From Candidatus Omnitrophota bacterium (lineage in GTDB: Bacteria > Omnitrophota > Gorgyraeia > Duberdicusellales > 4484-171), in NCBI GenBank assembly GCA_014729775.1, contig WJJJ01000006.1:16694-80693 (forward strand): a stretch of 64,000 bases of DNA, written 5' to 3'. Every line of letters begins with the position of its first letter. Position 1 is the stretch's first letter. A program made the translations under genes and the position numbers. Shown piece after piece: positions 48,149 to 57,692 of the stretch. Below the pieces are notes generated by a model, which made no database searches, was not told the DNA's origin, and saw nothing but the letters and a program-made list of their open reading frames with translations.

Positions 48149-48874
48149 CTACGCCACCCCTTCGCATCCAAACCGCCGCCGGATACTTTCCAGCCGCCCG
48201 AAACAAATCACCTTATCCTGCTCGCGGAGGAGGGTTAAAGCGGACAGGTCGGTCATGGTTCTTCCGCCCCGCTCGATCGCCAGCACATTGATCCCGTCAC
48301 GGCGCAGATCGGCCTCCGCCAGGGACTTGCCGGCGATTCCACTCTCCGCGCAGACCTCGATCTGTGATACGCCGTAGCCACCTGTGGCGACAAGCAGTTC
48401 TTCGAAGGTGACGGGAGAAATGATCTTTTTCTTCACGATCTTCGTTCTTAAATACTCGGTCACGCGGGAGGTAAATTTCGCGTGGGTGAACAGCCGGTAA
48501 AAAAGCAACCCCGCGCATATGATAACTACTAAATTCATCACCGGCAGCAGCCATGCCGGAAAAACCAGGTGCAGGAACGGGATCTGTATCTTTTCCGCAA
48601 GGCTCACCGGACGCAGGGAATTGGCGAACGTCGCCACCAGCGTAACCAGTCCCGCGTGTCCCAGCACGATCAGGACACTGGCGATGCGGCGCCGCTGAGG
48701 ATTGCCGGTGATCAGTTCAGCTTCCTTGGTAGTAAAACCGGTACCGGTGAAACAGGACAATGCCTGGAACTTCGCCAGCGACCATTCCAGACCCGTCAAC
48801 TCAAACGCGACCGCGCCGATGCGCACGATTACGAAGGCCACGGTAATGGCCAGAAGGAATAGGAACAGATTCAT
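48149..48874 (-). CDS. Membrane protein with K+ channel-like pore motif and TrkA-C domain
   Basis: FQALSCFTGTGFTTKEAE and C-terminal GKSLAEADLR..GINVLAIER. Confidence 0.85.
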   Translation of the reverse strand: MNLFLFLLAITVAFVIVRIGAVAFELTGLEWSLAKFQALSCFTGTGFTTKEAELITGNPQRRRIASVLIVLGHAGLVTLVATFANSLRPVSLAEKIQIPFLHLVFPAWLLPVMNLVVIICAGLLFYRLFTHAKFTSRVTEYLRTKIVKKKIISPVTFEELLVATGGYGVSQIEVCAESGIAGKSLAEADLRRDGINVLAIERGGRTMTDLSALTLLREQDKVICFGRLESIRRRFGCEGVA

Positions 48875-48924
48875 CTTTCCTCCTTTGCTGTATCCGCCGG
48901 GGGCCTTACCCGAAAGCGGACGGT

Positions 48925-50169
48925 TCAGAATTCTTTTTTATACCGAAAATAAATCTTTCCCTCGCCTTCTTCCCGGGCTTCTTCCGCTGGCGTCTCCGCG
49001 GGCTGTCGGATTTCCTTTTCGGCGCCCACGGAAACGCCGTCAGAGATCTCGACCTCGCCGCCGATGGTATGTTTTGTTTCCGGGGTTTCCTCCTCGAAAT
49101 TCTCCTGCTCCACCCGGTATTTTACCGCCGCCCCGGGAGTAACCTCTTTTTTAATCTCCAGCGCTCTGGTCTCTCCCTGCAGTTCTACGGAGAACTCCTT
49201 AATGCCCAGCCGGTTACCCAACTTTTCGGCTTCACCCCCGAGCATGAAATAATCCACGAACTCTCCTACCATTTCCGGAGTCACCTCGCCTTCTTGAAAA
49301 CCCTGTTCGGTCGCCTTCCACCGTTTGCCGGTCACCAGCATGACCAGAAGATGCTGGGGCGGAAGATGCGGAACAGAAGAAAGCTCCATCTGGGGCGCAC
49401 GAACGGTGCCGGTCAGGGATAAATGTATCTTGATCCCCTCGATGTCGGTCACCGCTTTTATGTATAGAGCCGGATCCGCCGGATCTCCGGTAAACGTACA
49501 ACGGCTGGGCTTCAGTCCAAAGGAAACATTGTTCGGTCCGGTAATCCGCCCTCCTTTGATATCGACTTTGCCCTCAACCCTGTTCTTTTCCGTATCGGTT
49601 TCTAGCGTATACGCCAGCGGAATGTCCTGAGCCGTGAAATTCTCGTATTCCGCCCGGAGGACGGACCCGTTTCCGGATAAGATCACGCGGGGAAGTTGGC
49701 CCGCGGCGTGGATATTGAATTCTTCCAGAGTACCGCTGAGCGCAAGCCCTCCGTCTTTCCCGGGAAACAAGTCAACAAGCCCCACCCGGGGCGCGTAGAC
49801 GGTAAGATCAAGCACCGATTCCTCATAAGAGCCGTAAAACAGTATTCGGCGGGAATGAGGAAGCTTGAGCGTACCGTTGAACACGTTCAGCCATATTCCG
49901 GAAATCTTCAGGCGTATGTCCGCCCGCTGGATTTCCCACTGGTCGCTCACGGCAAGAAAACGAGTATCGTCAATCCGGACGTCATGCAGAGAAAACGTGC
50001 CCGACAAACGGCCCGACGCATCATTATACTCTATGGAATCGGGTCCGAGATAATAAGCCGACACCGTCCGAACGGCCAGCTCCCCGCCGGAAGGAGTACC
50101 CAAGATCCAAACGGCGGCACCGCACGCGACCACGACGGGCAGAAATAAGAAAAGAATTCTTTTTTTCAT
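48925..50169 (-). CDS. TamB-like (DUF490) protein, short
   Basis: N-terminal anchor WILGTPSG, FTGDPADPAL, LTGT..AP...LSSVP and C-terminal beta strands ending in F. Confidence 0.72.
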   Translation of the reverse strand: MKKRILFLFLPVVVACGAAVWILGTPSGGELAVRTVSAYYLGPDSIEYNDASGRLSGTFSLHDVRIDDTRFLAVSDQWEIQRADIRLKISGIWLNVFNGTLKLPHSRRILFYGSYEESVLDLTVYAPRVGLVDLFPGKDGGLALSGTLEEFNIHAAGQLPRVILSGNGSVLRAEYENFTAQDIPLAYTLETDTEKNRVEGKVDIKGGRITGPNNVSFGLKPSRCTFTGDPADPALYIKAVTDIEGIKIHLSLTGTVRAPQMELSSVPHLPPQHLLVMLVTGKRWKATEQGFQEGEVTPEMVGEFVDYFMLGGEAEKLGNRLGIKEFSVELQGETRALEIKKEVTPGAAVKYRVEQENFEEETPETKHTIGGEVEISDGVSVGAEKEIRQPAETPAEEAREEGEGKIYFRYKKEF

Positions 50170-50213
50170 GAAGATGCAAGATTACCGGATATTCACGAGG
50201 CCGACGGCGAACG

Positions 50214-51068
50214 TCAGGAAGAACCTTCCTGATGTCGGCCGGGCAGGTGCGGTTCTTGAATTCGGATCACCGGAAACGGAAAACCGGCATCCCGGAATTT
50301 CTCAATAAGTTTCTCTCTGATCTCACAGCGCAGACTCCAGGTCTCCGGCGCGTCTTTTCCCTTGCTTAAAATACGCAGGACCATCGTGCGTTCGGTAAAA
50401 TCCACGACCTGCACCACCGCGACTTTTTCCTTGGTCGCGAACTGGCTCTGGCCCACAATCTCCCGGACCCACGATTTGATCTGCTCAACGTCACAAAGAT
50501 AATCAACATAAAGCATAACGCTGCCCAACAGCGATGGATCCTTAATGGTCCAGTTCTGCATGACCGTACTGGCTAAAATGTTATTGGGAACGATGATCCT
50601 GCGGTTGTCCCAGGTACGGATCATCGTCTGCATAAGAGAAATTTCTTCGATCCATCCGAAATCGTTCTGGAAAATTACCGCGTCCCCCAGCCGCACCGGC
50701 TGGGCAAAAGAGATGGAAATGCCCGCGATAACGTTGGATAACGTGCTCTGTGCGGCCATTCCTAATACGACTCCGGCCACTCCGGCCGACGCGAGCAAAC
50801 CGGTTCCTATATTCTTCACCGCTTCAAACTGCAGGAGAAAAATGACGAATGCGAAGAAATAAATTCCCGCGATGAGTACGCGGCGAAGGATCGTCACTTT
50901 GGTATCGAGGGCGGAAATGCCTGCCATCTTTCTCCGTTCCAGGCGGGATGCCAGCACTTTGCGCCAGCGGTTCACGAGAATCCCGGCGACTTTCGCCGCG
51001 ATCACGGCCACAAGAAAAATCACGGCGCTGACCGCGATCTTAGGAATAATTTCGGTGTTCCACTCCAT
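50214..51068 (-). CDS. MscS family mechanosensitive channel
   Basis: LLASAGVAGVVLGMAAQSTLSN, PVRLGD and IVPN. Confidence 0.92.
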   Translation of the reverse strand: MEWNTEIIPKIAVSAVIFLVAVIAAKVAGILVNRWRKVLASRLERRKMAGISALDTKVTILRRVLIAGIYFFAFVIFLLQFEAVKNIGTGLLASAGVAGVVLGMAAQSTLSNVIAGISISFAQPVRLGDAVIFQNDFGWIEEISLMQTMIRTWDNRRIIVPNNILASTVMQNWTIKDPSLLGSVMLYVDYLCDVEQIKSWVREIVGQSQFATKEKVAVVQVVDFTERTMVLRILSKGKDAPETWSLRCEIREKLIEKFRDAGFPFPVIRIQEPHLPGRHQEGSS

Positions 51069-52489
51069 TATTCTTCCCGTTTCGCGACCGGCACGTATTT
51101 CTTGCCGAATGAACCCGCGTATACCGCCCTCGGCCGGAAAATCCGGTTATTTTCCAAATACTCCATCACCCGGGACGTCCATCCGGCTACGCGGCTCACC
51201 GCGAAAAGTGCCGTAAACATCTCCACCGGTATCCCCAGACAGGAATACACGATGCCGGAATAGAAATCTACATTCGGAAATATACCTTTGGTTTCCCCCA
51301 GCCGGGCAATCGCCAACTTTTCCAGCTCCTTGGCCGTGGCGTAAAGCCTTTTTATTTCGTCACTGCCGCGGTTCTCCACCAGGTATTCGGCCAGCGGCCC
51401 CAACACCCGCGCCCGGGGATCATACGCCTTGTATACCCGGTGTCCGAATCCCATGATCTTTTTCTTCTTTTCACAAGTCTGTTCAAACCATCCTTTTGCT
51501 TTTTTGGGATCGTCGATCTCACGAAGCATTTTTAACACCTCGGCGTTCGCACCGCCGTGCAGAGGTCCGTTGAGCGCCGCGATCCCCGACCCTACCGCCA
51601 GGTACATATCGGAAAGCGTGGAGGCGACGACCATCGTCGCGAACGTACTCGCGTTCATCCCGTGATCCGCGTGCAGGATCAGCGTAACGTCCATAATCCG
51701 CTCCTCGATCGGCGTCGGCCTTCTTCCCGTGATCATATACACGAGATTCCCGGCATGGCTTAAATCAGGATCGGGCTCTAAGGGGAGCGCTCCCCGCCGG
51801 ATTCGCTCCACCGCCCCGGCGATCGTCGCCACCCCGGAAATCAGCCGGTACGTCGGGGTAAACCCCACCGGCGGGCCGTACTTTTTATCCACTTCTTTCG
51901 GTTTGGACCCGCCTTTTTTCTCTTTAAACTCATATATCGCGTGCTTTTCGCCGCGGGGCCGCGTCTCCATGGGAATGGAATCCTCGTCCGCGCTGATCGA
52001 AGGGAACCTGTCCGGACGGTACGCTTCCTGGTCCACGTAAGTACTTTCCTGCCGCATCAGGTTGGTCCCCAGACGCAGCGCGGCCATCGCGTTCATCTTC
52101 TCCACCGGAAACCCCATCAGTGTTCTGATGGTCTGGGGTACCCGCCGGCAATGAAGCAACTGGGAGGAAAAACGCTCATGCTGTTTCCCCGTGGGCAGTT
52201 CCCCGTGCAGAAGCAAGTAGGACACTTCCTCGAAACTTGAATGCGCGCAGAGATCAAAAATGTCATACCCCCGGTATATCAGTTCTCCTTTGGAACCGTT
52301 GACGTACCCGATCTTACTTTCACAGGCAATCGCCCCCTCCAAACCGGGACCGACGATACAGTTCACCGGCCACTTTACCGGCCCCGTGTATGGGGCTTCT
52401 TCCTGAGGCGTTTTCTTCACCTCCGCCCGCGCTTCCTTTTTTGCGTTCTTGATCAGTGTGGTTATTTCTTTGGTCTTGCTCACCATCAT
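51068..52489 (-). CDS. gltA: Citrate (or 2-methylcitrate) synthase with internal insertion
   Basis: GLEG, LIYRGY, HADHGMNAST, GPLHGGA, MGFGHRVY and PNVDF. Confidence 0.92.
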   Translation of the reverse strand: MMVSKTKEITTLIKNAKKEARAEVKKTPQEEAPYTGPVKWPVNCIVGPGLEGAIACESKIGYVNGSKGELIYRGYDIFDLCAHSSFEEVSYLLLHGELPTGKQHERFSSQLLHCRRVPQTIRTLMGFPVEKMNAMAALRLGTNLMRQESTYVDQEAYRPDRFPSISADEDSIPMETRPRGEKHAIYEFKEKKGGSKPKEVDKKYGPPVGFTPTYRLISGVATIAGAVERIRRGALPLEPDPDLSHAGNLVYMITGRRPTPIEERIMDVTLILHADHGMNASTFATMVVASTLSDMYLAVGSGIAALNGPLHGGANAEVLKMLREIDDPKKAKGWFEQTCEKKKKIMGFGHRVYKAYDPRARVLGPLAEYLVENRGSDEIKRLYATAKELEKLAIARLGETKGIFPNVDFYSGIVYSCLGIPVEMFTALFAVSRVAGWTSRVMEYLENNRIFRPRAVYAGSFGKKYVPVAKREE

Positions 52490-52717
52490 GCCTCCTTTGA
52501 TAATCCTTACTTAATGAGATTTATTGCTCATGGATCTGCGATCCTGGTCATTCAATAGAAAATAACATGAAGCGAAGATCCCGTATCCAAGTTCTCTTCT
52601 CTATCCAGCATTCAGGCTCCAAGATAAAGGATCCGGAATCATATTCCTCATTATAAGCACACCCAGACCCGGATGCAACAGAAGAATACCGCCTCCGCAC
52701 ACTTACAATTATCCGTG

Positions 52718-54406
52718 CTACAGCGTACGCAGGTACTTCTTAAGCGGCGGGATGGCCTGCGGATTGACGCTCAGCGACCGGAGCCCGGCACGCACGAATT
52801 TACCGGACCAACGAGGATCCGCGGCCAGTTCCCCGCACACACTGCATTCAATCCCGGCCGTTCGCGCCGCCTCGATCACCCGGCGGACCAAAGGAAAAAT
52901 CAACGCGGCGCCCTTCCGGTAATAGTTCGCCACCGCGGCGTTCTCTCTGCCCGCGGCCATTGAATACTGAATAAGATCATTAGTCCCCACCGAGAGAAAA
53001 TCCGAGAGCCGGCATAATTGCTCAACCTGAAAAACCGCCGCCGGGGTTTCAATCATGGTGCCTATCCGCAGAGACGGACAGTGCACCCCTTCCGCGGACA
53101 GCTTCTCCTGACAAAACTCCACAATGCTTCGAACCCGGCGCACCTCCTGAGGGAGGGTCACCATCGGGATGCACAGACGCACCGGAAAATCCCGTGCCAG
53201 ACGAAGCATCACCCGAATTTGTGTCTCCAGCAGACCGCGGTGGGCAAGCAGAAAGCGCACACCCCGCAAGCCCAGCGACGGATTCAGTTCGTGCGCCGGC
53301 TCCTGATAAGGCAATAATTTATCCCCTCCTATGTCCAAAAGACGAAAGACACAATCCCGGCCGCCGGCCTGGACTAATATGGCGCGAAAATGGTCCAGCA
53401 AAAAATTTTCTTTCGGGAAAGAACGGCTGGACAGATATACCTGTTCAATCCGGAACAGCCCGATACCCTCCGCGCCGGAGGCCAGCGCCGCCTTCACGTC
53501 TTCGATACAGGCCGCGTTGGCGCAGACCCGGATCCGTGTCCCTTGCCGCGTCACCGCCGGCGCGGACGCTTCCCCGGCCGTCGCAAGCCGGTCACGTTCA
53601 AGCTGTTTCTTCCGGTCGATGTACCGGGAAAACACCTTCTTCTCCGGCGAGACGAACAACACCCCCTTCTCGCCGTCGAGGAGCACAGGAACGCCGGAAG
53701 ACACAAGAGAACAGAGCGATTTCACTCCGTATACTCCCGGAACCCCCAATCCACGCGCGAGTATTGCGCTGTGGGAATTAGCACTCCCCTCTTCTACAAC
53801 TATCCCGCGCAGATGAGCGCGGTTGAGCTGAACGGTATCCGAAGGAAGCAGGCGCCGGGCAATCACAATACTGCCCGGGGGAAGTTCTTTAAGCTCGTTT
53901 TTCTCATACCCAAGCAACACCCTGAGCAGCCGGCAGCTCACGTCATGAAAATCATCGGCGCGGCTTCGAAAATTCTCGTCGGACATCGAGAGCAGAGAAT
54001 TCATCCAACGCCGAAACACGTTACGCACCGCCTGCTCGGCGCTCACCAGCTCGTTTTCCAGCTCTTCCAGAATCGCGCTCTTGAGCTGTTCATCCTTGAG
54101 TATCTGTTTATGCGCTTCAAAAATCGCCGCGTGTTCTTTCCCTATCTGCCGTTCAACCGCGTAACGAGTCTGTTCCAGGTCTTTTACTACCTCGACCAGC
54201 GCGTTATACACCCGCACCATTTCACGGTGAACTTCTTCTTTTTTTACTTCTCCGGGCAGTACATTTCGGCTGAGGATATCCCGGTACGGAAACGCCAGGC
54301 CGTAGGCAATCCCCGGCGACATCACTTTTCCCCGCAGTCTCGTATTGAGCTTGAGTTCGGCCGTCATTGCGTTATTAATTCCGGGGGTTCTCTGATGCTT
54401 CAGCAC
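52718..54406 (-). CDS. ptsI: Phosphoenolpyruvate-protein phosphotransferase (PTS enzyme I)
   Basis: SPGIA, SHSAILAR phospho-His, GIGLFRIE, DIGGDK, GTNDLIQY and VCGE. ATG 54367 is an alternative start. Confidence 0.93.
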   Translation of the reverse strand: MLKHQRTPGINNAMTAELKLNTRLRGKVMSPGIAYGLAFPYRDILSRNVLPGEVKKEEVHREMVRVYNALVEVVKDLEQTRYAVERQIGKEHAAIFEAHKQILKDEQLKSAILEELENELVSAEQAVRNVFRRWMNSLLSMSDENFRSRADDFHDVSCRLLRVLLGYEKNELKELPPGSIVIARRLLPSDTVQLNRAHLRGIVVEEGSANSHSAILARGLGVPGVYGVKSLCSLVSSGVPVLLDGEKGVLFVSPEKKVFSRYIDRKKQLERDRLATAGEASAPAVTRQGTRIRVCANAACIEDVKAALASGAEGIGLFRIEQVYLSSRSFPKENFLLDHFRAILVQAGGRDCVFRLLDIGGDKLLPYQEPAHELNPSLGLRGVRFLLAHRGLLETQIRVMLRLARDFPVRLCIPMVTLPQEVRRVRSIVEFCQEKLSAEGVHCPSLRIGTMIETPAAVFQVEQLCRLSDFLSVGTNDLIQYSMAAGRENAAVANYYRKGAALIFPLVRRVIEAARTAGIECSVCGELAADPRWSGKFVRAGLRSLSVNPQAIPPLKKYLRTL

Positions 54407-54663
54407 GGAAACATCGTCGTTGTCTTCACCCGGGCAGTCTTTCTCGGCGCGTTGCGGTGGATCAGAGCAGCCCGTCTCCGGTCCTTTTCCCGTAAACGGC
54501 TCAAGCCGTCAACAAACATCCGGCGGTAAAGATCCACCGCTTTTTCTTCTTCCTCAAATGAAGAATACATCCATTGAGCGGTTTGACCGGAGAAGTGACG
54601 GATTTCGGACATCACCGATTGGAAAACCCGGTGCGCGCGTTCAGGACGATAAACTTTCCCCAT
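54400..54663 (-). CDS. Small hypothetical protein
   Basis: RBS AAGGAGG. Fills the gap between the HAD gene and ptsI. Confidence 0.55.
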   Translation of the reverse strand: MGKVYRPERAHRVFQSVMSEIRHFSGQTAQWMYSSFEEEEKAVDLYRRMFVDGLSRLREKDRRRAALIHRNAPRKTARVKTTTMFPC

Positions 54664-54676
54664 CTCCGCCTCCTTG

Positions 54677-55315
54677 TTATCGAATAATTTTCTTCAACTC
54701 GACAATACGGTCAATCAGAAAATCCGGTCCGGCTTTGCGCAGTGACTGGAGATCACCGACACCGTAGGTCACCCCGCAGGTGATAAGACCGGCCCTTTTT
54801 CCCGCGAGGATATCCACATCCATATCTCCAATGAATACCGCTCTCGACGGAGGCACGCGAAACAATTCTCTGGCCCGGTCAACCGGACACGCGTCCGGTT
54901 TTAGGCACCGGTCGTCGTCTCCGCCGACGATATGAAGAAAATATGTGTCCAGGTGCACCGCTTTTAATACCGCCTCAGCCATTTCTTTGCGGGCATTCGT
55001 CGTCACCAGAAGTACTTTTTCCCGGAAATGCTCCAGCACATCCTCCACTCCCGAAAAAACCTTCATTTCTTCCAGGTTCCGGCGGTAATGATTCGTAAAG
55101 AGTTCTACTCCCCGGTCAACGACTTCCTTTCTTTGTCCCGCACACTGATAGACCAGATCCCGCACGCCCGTCCCTATCACGGCCACCACTTCGTCAAAAG
55201 AGCGTTGGGGAAGATCAAGATCGCGTAACATCTCGTTGACCGCATGGGTAATGTGTTCCCGGGAATCCACCAGGGTACCGTCCAAATCAAAGATCAGCAT
55301 GTCCGCTTCAGACAT
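54677..55315 (-). CDS. HAD-superfamily phosphatase (phosphoglycolate phosphatase-like)
   Basis: FDLDGTLVDS, TTN, KP, IGD...DI and VTYG. Confidence 0.9.
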   Translation of the reverse strand: MSEADMLIFDLDGTLVDSREHITHAVNEMLRDLDLPQRSFDEVVAVIGTGVRDLVYQCAGQRKEVVDRGVELFTNHYRRNLEEMKVFSGVEDVLEHFREKVLLVTTNARKEMAEAVLKAVHLDTYFLHIVGGDDDRCLKPDACPVDRARELFRVPPSRAVFIGDMDVDILAGKRAGLITCGVTYGVGDLQSLRKAGPDFLIDRIVELKKIIR

Positions 55316-56006
55316 CGATCCCCTTTCGCCCCTGCCGTCGTTTTTGCCGAATCGCTTCTTCAAACACCACACCGCCGGAAATAATATACTTGAGAGCCGT
55401 ATCGACCGCGACATCCAACACCTGCACTTTTTCCCGGGGAAAGAGCATTAACAGCCCTGAAAACGGCGCGGGCGCAAGCGCGATAAACACGTTGACCAAA
55501 TCCTTGCCGGTTTTTTGGCTCAGTACGTCAAGCTGTTCATTGGTAAGAAAACCCAATGAGTACGTCCCGGGATAAGGATACTCTACCAGCACCACTTTTT
55601 GGAATTCAGTTTTTTTCTCTCCGAACAGGAAATCCGAAAGCTGCTTGGCGGCGGGATAAATATTGGCGACAAACGGAATCTTCAACAAGAGCCTTTCCAG
55701 CCAGGGAAACAATTTCTGCCCAACTAAATGAGTAGACAACACCCCCACCCCGACCACACACAGAATCAGCACAATGAAGCCGAGACCGGGAATACGAGAT
55801 CCGGTGAGTTCAAACAGAACCGAATTGATATACCGTTCGGCAAACCCGTTTATCGCCTGGAATAAAAATACCAGAATGTAAATCGTGACCGCCAGCGGGA
55901 ACAGCGCCGCGATCCCGGCGAAAAAATACTTTCTGACACGGATAAGCCATCCCTTCTGTCTGTCAGAAGCCGACCGCCCCTTCTCGACGCCGGCATTCGT
56001 TGTCAT
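55308..56006 (-). CDS. DUF502 family membrane protein
   Basis: YFFAG...PLAVT, KIPFVANIY, VVLVEYP and IISGG. Confidence 0.9.
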   Translation of the reverse strand: MTTNAGVEKGRSASDRQKGWLIRVRKYFFAGIAALFPLAVTIYILVFLFQAINGFAERYINSVLFELTGSRIPGLGFIVLILCVVGVGVLSTHLVGQKLFPWLERLLLKIPFVANIYPAAKQLSDFLFGEKKTEFQKVVLVEYPYPGTYSLGFLTNEQLDVLSQKTGKDLVNVFIALAPAPFSGLLMLFPREKVQVLDVAVDTALKYIISGGVVFEEAIRQKRRQGRKGIDV

Positions 56007-56027
56007 ACGCGCTCCCTCCGCAGTTCA

Positions 56028-56471
56028 TTATTGGGCAACAAATTTATCTTTTCCTACTCCGCATACCGGACACCGCCAGTCATCAGGAATTTTGTCAAAG
56101 GGAGTGCCCGGCTCGATACCTCCGTCGGGATCTCCCTTGGCCGGATCGTACACGTATCCGCACACCGTGCAGCGGAAAGTTCCTTCATTTTGCTTTGATC
56201 CTTTCTGCGGCTGTTTCTCGGCACCGCGCGCTTCGGTAATTTTTTCCCGGGTTTCCCCGCCGGGACTTTCCACATGGAAGCCTATTTTTACCGTGACCTG
56301 CCAGTAATCCACCCGTTTATTCACGATGTGCCCGCGGGTTTCCACCACTTCAAACCACCGCATATTCCGGATCGACTCCCCGGCCTGAGAAATGGCGTTC
56401 TGCACCGCGGATTCGATACCGGTCTTAGAAGACCCCACTATTTCGACCTTTTTATACACTGCTTCGCTCAC
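56028..56471 (-). CDS. Dodecin-rubredoxin fusion protein
   Basis: aa 1-68 dodecin ([11 protein letters not shown]...RWFEV...WQVTVKIGF). ~30-aa linker. Rubredoxin [10 protein letters not shown]...[10 protein letters not shown]. Confidence 0.88.
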   Translation of the reverse strand: MSEAVYKKVEIVGSSKTGIESAVQNAISQAGESIRNMRWFEVVETRGHIVNKRVDYWQVTVKIGFHVESPGGETREKITEARGAEKQPQKGSKQNEGTFRCTVCGYVYDPAKGDPDGGIEPGTPFDKIPDDWRCPVCGVGKDKFVAQ

Positions 56472-56687
56472 CGCAACCCCCCCTCCTTGTACCCCAGTTC
56501 GACCTGCAAATATTCTCTATTCACCGATAGTATACACTTGCTTCCCACCGGTGCAACATGATTTTCTCCGGCGCGCCTCTTGCGGATTCTGCCCAACGGC
56601 CACGAAACAACGACCATGAGCGGTTTCTTCACATTTTTAGTTTTTTCGCTATGCTTCTCTGAAATCAAGGATCGAAGATCAACCGTC

Positions 56688-56927
56688 TCAAGAACCGATC
56701 CCGACCGCCTGATCGATCGCCGGCTTGTCAAAACCGACAATAATATTCCCCTCCACATCGAGTACAGGAACTCCCATTTGTCCCGACTTCTCCTGCATCT
56801 CTTTGATCTTCTCGGCGTCGCCTGCGACGTTGACCTCTTCGTACTCGACCTGGTGTTCTTCCAGATACTGTTTTGTTTTTTGACAATAAGGACACGTCGG
56901 CGTGCTGTAAATGGTTACTTTCACCAT
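56688..56927 (-). CDS. Glutaredoxin-like protein (NrdH/YruB type)
   Basis: YSTPTCPYC, GQMGVPV and VGFD. Confidence 0.92.
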   Translation of the reverse strand: MVKVTIYSTPTCPYCQKTKQYLEEHQVEYEEVNVAGDAEKIKEMQEKSGQMGVPVLDVEGNIIVGFDKPAIDQAVGIGS

Positions 56928-56978
56928 CAAATTCCCTCCTTTCTTACCACGGTAACTTTTCTTTTTCCCGACTTCTCT

Positions 56979-57491
56979 TTACTGGAGCTTTTTCCGGGCC
57001 GCTTCGATAAAGGCCGGGAGGTCGGACGGCTGGCGGCTAGTCACCAGATTCCCGTCAACCACGACTTCCTGATCACAGTACTCGGCGCCGGCATAGATGA
57101 GATCCTGCCGGATTGATTTCCATCCGGTCGCTTTCCTTCCTTCCAGTGCTTTAGCGGTAACGAGCAGCTGCGCCCCATGGCAGATGCTGAACACCGGCTT
57201 GCCGTCATCCATGAATTTTCTTGCGAACGCGACCGCATCAGGGCTGACGCGAAGACGATCCGGAGAATACCCTCCCGGAATCAATAACGCGTCAAACCGA
57301 TCGGGCTGCGCCTCCGTGACTGCCTGGTCGATCTTTACCGTGGTTCCTTCTTTTTTCCCTTTCACTTCCGCGCCGGCTTTTACCCCCAGATGAACCAACT
57401 CATGCCCCGCGTCGCGAAAGGCGTCCGCGGGTTTCTGGTATTCGGAATCTTCAAACATGTCGTCGATGATCACCGCTATCTTTTTCCCCAT
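56979..57491 (-). CDS. PfpI/DJ-1 family protease/deglycase
   Basis: FEDSE, IPGG, ICHG and TSRQPSDL. Confidence 0.92.
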   Translation of the reverse strand: MGKKIAVIIDDMFEDSEYQKPADAFRDAGHELVHLGVKAGAEVKGKKEGTTVKIDQAVTEAQPDRFDALLIPGGYSPDRLRVSPDAVAFARKFMDDGKPVFSICHGAQLLVTAKALEGRKATGWKSIRQDLIYAGAEYCDQEVVVDGNLVTSRQPSDLPAFIEAARKKLQ

Positions 57492-57692
57492 TTTTTCCTC
57501 CCCTCTCTTTTTCTGTCCGGCAATTTTCCGCCTTCCCTCTTTTTCCACTTATATTTTAACGCAGAAAGGAAAGAGAGCCATGGGGATATTCTCCTTTTTC
57601 TTGACCTGTTTCTCCCGATGCAGGACTTAATGGGCGGGATCGAAAAAGAACGATAATGGGCGTATGCACCGGACATCTATAGGTGTATGCAG

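Noticed and set aside
47819-48238. 139-aa + strand ORF
   Set aside because: Built from pyrimidine tracts and the repeat element, and overlaps the end of the TrkA-C gene.
53390-54529. 379-aa + strand ORF (similarly 41182-42270, 39238-40215 and 12461-13501)
   Set aside because: Antisense shadows typical of GC-rich coding DNA.
56170-56200. Separate rubredoxin start at the ATG in aaaATGaaggaa
   Set aside because: That ATG is out of frame with the rubredoxin. The continuous frame from the dodecin start is the simpler reading.
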